Below, in pieces: positions 27,713 through 37,340 of a DNA stretch of 64,000 nucleotides. The translations under genes and the position numbers were made by a program. The notes beneath the pieces are model-generated. The model ran no database searches. It was not told the origin of the DNA and saw only the letters and a list, made by a program, of their open reading frames with translations. Numbering within the stretch: the stretch's first letter is position 1; the number at the start of each line of letters is the position of its first letter. Source of the stretch: Sphagnum compactum (lineage: Eukaryota); NCBI GenBank assembly GCA_965153455.1, contig OZ234494.1, positions 4,526,001 through 4,590,000 on the forward strand, read 5' to 3'.

Positions 27713-29567
27713 TCAGTAAATTTTCACTTACAACTAGTTCTGAAGTTCACACCACAAACATGATCATGAGGTTCCAAGCCATGATGACAGTAGATTCTTA
27801 TCCAGTGCACTTGTAGTTCTCAAGTTAAATAACAAGAAACATGAGTTTACAAACCATGAATGTGCCGTATGATCCTTCAATTCCCCTGTACAAATAGACG
27901 CCTGAGCTACATGAACTTCTTTAGATTCCCTTTGTCAATTAGAGATGATACTGGGGGACCACCACATAATTACATCTATGCGCAAAATGTATCAAATCTT
28001 AGAAAACCTGGAAGAAAACTTGAAGCACATTAACTTCCACAGAACCAAAAAATACATTCCATGATGCGCCAGACCATCATTTTTATATTAGAAATGTTCA
28101 AGTCTAGTGCATGTTATATTTTCTTAGATAAGTCTAGGGATTGATACTACAACTTTCTATGAGTACTGAACTTCATCGCTAGAAATATTTGGCTGTAGTA
28201 ATACAATCTGATGAGGTATTAGACTTTTGTATAGCATAAATGATCTTAAGTTATTTCGTTCTAAGTAATTTGGAGAGTGTCCACCCTGTGGATGTGTGTG
28301 TGTCTGTGTTTTTTCTTTCATTTTGGGTGTAATCCATGATTGAGACTAAAACTCCATATTTTAGATACAATTTAAGTGTAGGGTATTTAGCTTCCTGAGG
28401 TGGGGCCATTCTCAAAACAAGGGGCCTAAAATGCAGTAACTAAGTATGACCGCGCATTTTGGGAATGTCCCCTACATTCCCATGCACATTCCCCTGGGCT
28501 TTGCCCATTGTAAAGCCCCAAGCAAACATTATCATGAACCTAGACGTTTTGGGAATGTCCCCCATCCATGGGCTTTTTACCCACCATGATGCCCAAGGCA
28601 AACATTGTTGTGAACTTACACATATAGAGATCATGAGATGTAGGAGGGGTAGGATTCTTGTTCTTGCTCATCAAGAGTGCAAGGGATCTTAAATCTAAAA
28701 ATAGGCATAATTTTCCCTCTTAAGTTAATGAGAAGGCAATAGATCTCTCCCCCTCTCTAGAAGGGATATTCAGGGGTATAAGGGGCTAGGAATATGTTAA
28801 GTGAAGTATTATTTCCATAATTATCCTGCTTCCTTGTAGCATAATATTAACATATATTGCATATCAACAAGTTTCAATTGATGAGACATTTTTATAGCAG
28901 ATCTGGTACAGTCAGTGCACCCTTTTAAAAACATGTTTTTGAGTCCCAAATATAATAGTATGATTTTTCTCAAGTTACAATTAGCACCAGGAGATTGTCT
29001 TACTTGCAAGAAACTTCAAAATGAACTGAAAGATGGTAAGATTGAACATCACTTGAATCACACCTTCAATCGTATTCAAAGCAGCTGCCACTTGAGGCCA
29101 AATGGGACACTTGCTCAACCTGAACTAGCCTACCTACTCCAGATGAAGATGAAGTCCATGTGAGAAAGGAATCAGTGCTCAAACCCTGGCAATCCAATAA
29201 AGACTGCAATCCTCCTGCGGTTGCTGGAACAATACCATCCAAAGAATTTCTAAAGAGGATAATAAAGAAGCCTATATAGAAATGTGAAATTTGTAGGGCT
29301 CATGTGTACCGACCGGGTTCAAACCTTTGCAGACCAGTGAGCTCCGGCCAGAGTGAATTAACAGCCACCAATGCACCAGTTGGCCGTTCTGTCCACTGGA
29401 TGGGTTGCGTTTTTTCATTCGGCGCCAGATGGGGCTCATCACAGTCGATTTCTTTTTGCTGCTGACCACTGTACTTTTTCTTTTTTTTTCTTGCTCGTTT
29501 TTCCCTGGACCTGACCTCACACATAGCTACCCTGCTCACTTTTCTACCCTGTTCACTTTTCTACCTA

Positions 29568-29705
29568 GCTACTGTACTCACCACCTACCCTACTAACCTG
29601 GCTACTGTACTCACCACCTACCCTACTAACCTGGCTACTGTACTCATCACCTACCCTACTAACCTAGCTACTGTACTTACCACCTACCCTACTAACCTAG
29701 CTACC
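29568..29705 (+). repeat. 33-bp tandem repeat x4 (GCTACTGTACTCACCACCTACCCTACTAACCTG), with a further copy near 30021
   Basis: Units start at 29568, 29601, 29634 and 29667. Confidence 0.95.
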
Positions 29706-29740
29706 CAATTAATTATATACCCTACCCTAAAAACCTTACA

Positions 29741-30005
29741 CTAAATGCAATACCTGCATTTTGGGCCATTTCGAAAGTACGCATGTGGGGTTCAAGCTTT
29801 CTTTATACAAAGATCCTACCCTAAATGCAATACCTGCATTTTGGGCCATTTCGAAAGTACGCATGTGGGGTTCAAGCTTTCTTTATACAAAGATCCTACC
29901 CTAAATGCAATACCTGCATTTTGGGCCATTTCGAAAGTACGCATGTGGGCTTTTAGCATCTTTATATGAAGATCATACCCTAAATGCAATACTTGCATTT
30001 TGGGT
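29741..30005 (+). repeat. 80-bp tandem repeat x3.3 containing CCCTAAATGCAATACCTGCA
   Basis: Units at 29741 and 29821 are identical; 29901 is diverged; a partial copy follows. Related arrays occur at ~30530-30735, ~31655-31775 and ~33600-33760. Confidence 0.95.
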
Positions 30006-30529
30006 CACATCACTAACCAAGCTACTGTACTAACCACCTACCCTACTAACCTAGCTACTCTATTAATTACATACCCTACTAACTTAATCATTAGGTTTAG
30101 GGTTGAGACACATAAATTAATTGATAAGTTTTTCATAAATGTATAATAATTAATTTAAAGTAAGCTAAATTTGGGGGGAAATTTTTAGGGTTTACACACA
30201 TGTGAAGTAATACAATTGCATTTTATACCTTCTTCAAAAAGAATGGAAAAATTAGGTTGAAAAATCACACAAAGGTAAAAGACATATCTTCTTTTTTGGT
30301 TTTGTACGAAATTTATTTGATTATTTCTAAAGATTAACATATTTTATTTCAGTTAATAAATATTTATAATTAAAAACCTTTGAATTTTGGTTTCTAAATT
30401 TTTTCCTATGTTCTTTTAAATTTGGTTATTTTGCATTATATGATTTGTATAGTTCATATAGTTTTTTCGGTTTAGGGCATATATCACTAATTCTTCTTTT
30501 TGTTAGGGTTTGTATAGTTAGGGTTTATA

Positions 30530-32380
30530 TGAAGATCCCACCCTAAATGCAATACCTGCATTTTGGGGCACACAAAAAATACACATGTGGGGTTTAAGCA
30601 TCTTTATACGAAGATCCTACCCTAAATGCAATACCTGCAATTTGGGCCACTCTGAAAGGACGCATATAGGGTTTAAGCTTCTTTATATGAAGATCCTACC
30701 CTAAATGCAATACCTACATTTTGGGGCACACAAAAATAATTAATTAATTTCAAATTAATATGCTAACAAAGGTGTGTATAGAGGTTAGCGTTGTTGATTA
30801 AGAGTTCCATGATTCTTACTTCGTTTCATGAATTTGAAAAGAGGTTGTATTGTTTGTGGATCAAATAATACGATGACAATTGTGATCAAACTTATCTTGG
30901 TGTAGGAATTTTTCATGAAAAAGCTGAACTTACAATCTATAACATAGAATAATTATCTTAAATAGTGATTTCAATAACTTATTAAAACAAAAATATACTT
31001 CAGTTAATTAATCAAATATCAAATTAATCAATCTGATTTTTGATAATTATTCATCTAAATTATTTGATAATAAATTAATTATCAGAAATATTTTATATTA
31101 AATTGGGGGAAAATTTTTGGGTTTAGATATATGTGACACAATACAATCTCGTTCTATATTTTCTTCAAAGAGATTGAGAAAATGAGGTTGGAGTTATCAC
31201 ACAAATGTAATTAACAAACTTTATGTGAAAACCCAACCCTGAATGCGATACAAAGTTTGTTGAGATCAAAAATAAACCAGCAACTATTATGAGACCTATA
31301 TGCGAGTATTGCAAGAGATGCCAAAAAAAACCAGCAGCTATTATGGGAACTATATGCGGGTATTGCAACGAATGTTATAAAAACCCAACGAATACCATGG
31401 ATTGATATGCGGGTATTGCAACGAATGAAGAATGTCAGCAACTATTCAGTTGGTAAAAGTACGGGTGTAGGTATTGCAACGAAACCCCAAAATCCTAGTT
31501 GGTAAAGGTAAGTGTAAGTCTGAAGTTGAAATGAAAAAACAAACCTAAATGTAATACCCACGTTTGAAAAAACCCCATCTAAATGGTTTAGATACCCTTA
31601 AGTGAAGACCTAGCCCTAAACACAATATGCAGACGCAAAGTCACCTTCAAAAAACCCTACCCTAAATGCAATACCTGCATTTTGGGTCACAAGAAAAATA
31701 CGCATGTGGGGTTTAAGCCTCCTTTAAATGAAGATCCTACCCTAAATGCAATACCTGCATTTGGGGTCACTCTAAAATAATTAATTAACCCTTACTATTT
31801 TTCATGAATTTGAAAAGAGGTTCTATTATTTGTGGAACAAATAGTACAATGACAATTGTGATCAAGCTTATTGTGGTGTAAGAAATTTTCATGAAAAAAT
31901 TGAACTTGCAATTTATAACATGGAATAATTATCTTAAATAATGATTCCAATAACTTATTAAAACAAAAATATACTAAATTTAGTCAATCAAATATCAAAT
32001 TAATTAATCTGATTAAATCCAACTTTTTATTTTCAAGTAAATAAATTTAAGCCAAATGATTGGTTAATTATTTTAAATAAATAAATGATTATCTAATTCT
32101 TCATAATTAATCATCTAAATTATCTAAAATAATGGTCTATTAATTATTTAATTATATGACAAATTTTATTGATAATTCATTAATTATCATAAATATTTTA
32201 TATTAAATTGGGGGGAAAATTTTAGGGTTTAGACATATGTGAAACAATACAATTGCATTCTATATCTTCCTGAAAGAGATTGGGAAAATTAGGTTGGAGT
32301 TATCACACAAAGGTAAAAAACAAACCTTATGTGAAAACCCAACCCTAAATGCAATACAAAGTTTGTGAAAATCAAAAAAT
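30530..32380 (+). repeat. Internal direct duplication of a ~700-bp block (~30530-31275 vs ~31655-32380)
   Basis: Shared collinear segments TTCATGAATTTGAAAAGAGGTT, AATAATTATCTTAAATA, AAATTGGGGGA, GGTTGGAGTTATCACACAAA, TATGTGAAAACCCAACCCT. Confidence 0.85.
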
Positions 32381-32748
32381 AAAAAGTTCAAGCTTAAATA
32401 TTTTTCAAAGATGTTCATATTTTTTTTCCCCTTTTAAAGTTGTATATTCATACTAAAAACGTAAATATAAAGTCTTTAATTTAATGAGATTTTAAATTGT
32501 GTTAAAAAAAATCAAAACACATAATAGTGGTTTAAATATTGGTCCAAATATATTGTTATTTATAAAACCTAATACATAAATAATGATATTATGGAATTAT
32601 ACTGTTGATCCATTTTCAATACATATAATATTTTAGGGGTTTAGGGTTTAGGGTTGGGTTTTCACAGGTTAAGGTTGGGTAAACCCTGAAACCCTAAACC
32701 CTACAAATATTAATAGTAAATAAAATAAATCTACAGTGCATTATAGAG

Positions 32749-33468
32749 GGTTTAGGTTTAAGGTTTAGGGTTTAGGTTTAAGTTTAGGGTTTAGATTTAG
32801 GGTTTAAGGTTAAGGTTTAGGTTTAAATTTAGGGTTTAGGTTTAAGTTTAGGGTTTAGATTTAAGGTTTAGGGTTTAGGTTTAAGTTTAGGGTTTAGGGT
32901 TAGATTTAGGGTTTAAGGGTTTAGGGTATAAGTTAGGGTTTAGATTTAGGGTTTAAGGTTAAGGTTTAGGTTTAGATTTAGGGTTTAAGGTTAAGGTTTA
33001 GGTTTAGGGTTTAGGGTTTAGGTTTAGATTTAGGGTTTACGGTTTAGGGGTTTAGGGTTTAAGTTAGGGTTTAGATTTAGGGTTTAAGTTAGGGTTTAGA
33101 TTTAGGGTTTAAGGTTTAGGTTTAGGTTTAAGGTTTAGGGTTTAGGTTTAGATTTAGGGTTTAGGTTTAAGGTTTAGGGTTTAAGTTAGGGTTTAGATTT
33201 AGGGTTTATGGTTAAGGTTTAAGTTTAAGTTTAGGGTTTAGGTTTAGATTTAGATTTAGGTTTTAGGGTTTAGGCGTTTAGGGTTTAAGTTAGGGTTTAG
33301 ATTTAGGGTTTAAGGTTAAGGTTTAGGTTTAAGTTTAGGGTTTAGGTTTAGATTTAGGGTTTAGGTTTAAGGTTTAGGGTTTAGGTTTAGATTTAGGGTT
33401 TAGGTTTAAGGTTTAGGGTTTAAGTTAGGGTTTAGATTTAGGGTTTAAGGTTTAGGGTTTAGGTTTAG
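32749..33468 (+). repeat. Interstitial degenerate telomeric array (TTTAGGG mixed with TTTAGG, TTTAAG, TTTAGA, TTAAGG)
   Basis: About 720 bp of uninterrupted telomere-like units. A shorter cluster with an orientation switch lies at ~32632-32703. Confidence 0.95.
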
Positions 33469-34159
33469 GATACTGATAATGATGCTGCAAAAGCTGCTGT
33501 TGTGACTACAAAGAAAAGTGATTGGTCTTAAATGCGCACCTACCGGCTAAGTACGCACACTCCTCCCAGGTTCAAGTTGCGTACTTAGGCGGGAGGCTAT
33601 TGTACGCATGTGGGTTTAAGCATCTTTATACGAAAATCCTACCCTAAATGCAATACCTGCACTTTAGGTCACACAAAAAATACGCATGTGGGGTTTAAGC
33701 CTTTTTTAAATGAAGATCTTACCCTAAATGCAATACCTGCATTTAGGGTCACTCTAAAATAACTAGTTAATTTCAAAATCATATGCTAACAAAGGTGTGT
33801 ATGGAGGTTGGGGTTGTTGATTGGGAATCCATGATTGAAATTTAGAGTTTGGGAAACCCTAAATTAATTAACAGTTTTTTTACAAATTAATAGTAAATGA
33901 AATAAATCTATGGTGCATTATAGGGGGAATTTTATATGCAAAAAAATGCAATACATATTTGCAAGATCATACTGAAATAATACATAGGTGATTGGAGGAA
34001 AGCATGTGTGAAAACCCTAAACCCTAAATGCAATACTCGCATGTAATGTCATTTCAAAAATGGTCTGGGTACCAAAATTATGTCTTTTTATATACCTAAA
34101 TTAAATATTATTCTAAATTAATTTTATGACAAAATGTAAGTTTTACAATGAATGAAAAA

Positions 34160-34455
34160 ACCAGCAACTATTATGGGACCTATATGCAGGTATTGCAAGA
34201 GAACCCAAAAAAACCAGTCACTATTTTGGAGACTATATGCGGGTATTGTAAGAAATGAAGAATGTCAACGATTATTTGTGCCCTTTATGTGGGTATTGCA
34301 AGGAATGCAAAATGCCAGCGACTATTATGGGACTCATATGAGGGTATTGCAATGAATGAAAAAGGCCATTGCCTATTATGGGACTTATATGCGGGTATTG
34401 CATTTAATGCAAAATGTCTGTGGCTATTTTTTGAGGTTATATGCAGGTATTGCAT
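34160..34455 (+). repeat. ~50-53-bp tandem repeat x6 ending in TGC(A/G)GGTATTGCA; sister array at ~31278-31480
   Basis: Recurrent CCAGCAACTATTATGGGACCTATATGCAGGTATTGCAA-like units. Confidence 0.85.
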
Positions 34456-34867
34456 ATTAGAAAATGGTCTTATGGAGTTCATAATAGAAAATGATGTGGG
34501 TATTATATGTTTAAAATGTGTGGATTATTTTAAAAGTCTTCAAGTGATGTGAGTCCTATTAACTTAGATGTAAGTATTGTATAATGTTTATTTTGATCTT
34601 TGATTTGATTCTTACATCTCAAGTACAAACAAAATTATGACAAACAAGACATATAGGATTAACCAAATACACATCAAACAAGTGTGGATAGCCGATACTA
34701 TTATATTAATAAAAGATGTACAAAAATGGGTGCATGGAAAATTACTAGAGAACCCAATGAAGAAAAAACATTAGATCACTATAACATATCAAAGGATCAA
34801 AGTTCAAAATTGGGTAGTCCAAAAAGAAAAGGGCTACAAAACCTTACTAATTATATAAAATGAAACC

Positions 34868-36343
34868 CTAACCCATATCAGTATCTATAATCCCGTGTTT
34901 AGCTCGATATGCAGCTGCTGCATTTGCAGCCTTTGCTGCATGATGAGCAGTGTAAAGATGGCGGCGTTGCATTTCATTCTGAACTGCATTTGCAACAAAC
35001 TAGGCCTTTGTTTGGTCCTGAACCCTACAAACACCCAAAAATCACCAAATTAAACCGTAACACACCTTGGATCAAATACAATAAAAAAAGAATAAACATT
35101 GCTTAATATTTTTTCTTACCTTCCATGAATCATTCTAGATTCATGAAAATCCAAAACATCCGATAATTGTTTTGTCCGACTTGTTTTGCTGGACTCTCGC
35201 TCCCAATTCTTCACATCCCATGCCGTCTTTAATTGTCGTGCGTATGCACAACGAGTGGATCAGATCATCCCCTATAAGTCATCATCCTTCTCCATTCGTA
35301 CAATTGCATCTCGCGCCACACTGCCCACGCCCCAGGCATTAAGGCCCAACACCTTCAACAATTGCTCTGAAGCAAATCTGACCAAAGGTGGTTTTGGGAG
35401 TGGTGGACACTGTTTTGCAAGAGTCATCAAATGATTCCATTCGCGTTCTGCTTTGGCACGAGCACGACTAGTAGCTTTCTGATCATTTCGCCTCTGCACA
35501 GCCATCGCATCTCCCAAAATGCGAGCGTTCATCTTGCCATGGTCTTGATGCCGAGGACCTCCTGCAGCAGTTGAAGGCCTCCCAGGTTTTGACTTTTCTG
35601 CCACCAAGCCGTGCACCTCCTTCAAATGTTGCGTCAATAGCCATTTCGCACAATATGCGACAATGCAATTGTGGACTTTGCACTTCCATTTGGACCCGAC
35701 CTTTGTCTATTCCTTATCCTTCCGAGCCAGCTTAGGTGGACAAATAACTGCAGGTGGTTGAGAAGCTTGCTCAGTTTCCAGTTCCGGACCTAAACCCAAA
35801 AACAGAAAGTTCAATAAACAAAATGCAGGTATTGCAAAATATCAAATCACAAAATTACATATTACTTCTATAAACATGAACTGTTCTAAGATATTGCAGT
35901 AAAAAAATTTAGACAAAAAAATTCCTGCACCATCCAACAAATGGAAGGTGCAGGTGCAATTAAATTTTGAGAAATTTGTACAATTTTATTAATTTGTAAT
36001 TAATCTAATGTCCTATCTTCTAATGTCCACGAATTCTAAAGTAATCTATACCAATGCTACCCTTTTGTTTCAATTGTGATACAGCACAATTATGCTCACC
36101 AGTTTCCCGATCTAATGCAGCAATATTATCCTTAGCAACAATTTGCTGGGCACCTCCCGCATCTGATGTGGTGACAATTTCCTGGGCACCTCCCACATCT
36201 GATGTGGTGACAATTTCCTGGGCACCTCCCGCATTTGATGTGATGACAATTTTTTGGGCACCTCCCGCATCAGATGTGGTGACAATTTCCTGGGCACCTC
36301 CCGCATCTGCTGCATCGCTTTTCTTTACTCTCCTCCTACCCAT
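34868..36343 (-). pseudogene. Spliced pseudogene of an uncharacterised ~372-aa C2H2 zinc-finger / AT-hook-like protein
   Basis: Exons 36343-36052, 35789-35120 and 35024-34868 are joined by GT-AG introns with matching phases (1119 nt, no frameshift). The protein contains CKVHNC-x12-HLKEVH followed by KSKPGRP. In-frame stops at 35709-35707 (TAG), 35274-35272 (TAG), 35262-35260 (TGA) and 35002-35000 (TAG). Confidence 0.75.
36140..36307 (-). repeat. 36-bp coding tandem repeat x4.7 (DAGGAQEIVTTS)
   Basis: Visible in the DNA (CTGGGCACCTCCCGCATCTGATGTGGTGACAATTTC) and in the 36020..36379 translation. Confidence 0.95.
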
Positions 36344-36469
36344 TATAACCTCCAACCCTAAACCAGTAGTTATTACCAATTGTTAATTCTAATGAACAAA
36401 AGCACAAACAACAACAAAGCAAAAAAAAAAATCGCCACTAGCAGCAAGAAAAAAAAAAAAAAAAACATT

Positions 36470-37340
36470 GCAACTTTGAGCTTTAGAAAATTGCAACTTC
36501 GAGCTCGGAGCTTTAAACGTTGCAGCTTTGAGCTTTGAGGGTTTAGGGTTTAAACCCTAAACCCTAAACCTGCAGCGCTGCAGCTCTGAGCTCCACGAGC
36601 TGGGAGCAGCGCAGCAGCTTCGAGCTCCACGAGCTTGGAGCAGCTCCGAGCTCTGAGCTCCACGAGCTTGGAGCTCCAGCGCAACTCCGACCTCCACGAG
36701 CTTGGAGCTCCAGCGCAGCTCCGACCTCCACGAGCTTGGAGCTCCAGCGCAGCTCCGACCTCCACGAGCTTGGAGCTTGGAGCTGCAGCTCCCAGCTTGT
36801 GGAGCTCGGAGCTGCAGCTCCGATCTCCAAGCTCCACGAGCTTGGAGCTGCAGAGCTTGGAGCTTAGAGCTTGAAGCTGCACCTCCCAGCTCGTGGAGCT
36901 CGGAGCTGCAACTCCGATCTCCAAGCTCCACAAGATCGGAGCTGCGCTGCTCCGAGCTCTGAGCTCCACGAGCTTGGAGCTCCAGCGCAGCTCCGAGCTC
37001 CACGAGCTTGGAGCTTGGAGCTTGGAGCTGCAGCTCCCAGCTCGTGGAGCTCGTAGCTGCGCTGCTCCGAGCTCCGAGCTCCACGAGCTTGGAGCTTGGA
37101 GCTTGGAGCTGCAGCTCTCAGCTCGTGGAGCTCGGAGCTGCAGCTCCGATCTCCAAGCTCCACGAGCTTGGAGCTTTAGCGCAGCTCCAAGCTCCACGAG
37201 CTTGGAGCTCCAGCGCAGCTCCGAGCTCCACATGCTTGGAGCTGTGCTGCTCCGAGCTCCGAGCTACACGAACTTGGAGCTCCAGCGCAGCTCCGAGCTC
37301 CAAGCTCCACGAGCTTGGAGCTGCAGCTCCGAGCTCCACG
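36470..37340. repeat. GC-rich AGCT/GAGCTC-based complex satellite
   Basis: Shuffled units GAGCTCCACGAGCTTG, GAGCTCCAGCGCAGCTCC, GAGCTGCAGCTCC. The scarcity of stop codons explains the many overlapping ORFs on both strands. Confidence 0.95.

Noticed and set aside
28390-28830. Possible solo LTR with an internal ~90-bp duplication
   Set aside because: No clear TG...CA termini, TSD, PBS or second LTR identified.
29568-30005. 33-bp and 80-bp arrays as a CRISPR-like array
   Set aside because: Head-to-tail repeats without unique spacers, no cas genes, eukaryotic context.
32749-33468. True chromosome end
   Set aside because: The array is internal and highly degenerate, and it is flanked on both sides by the same repeat families.
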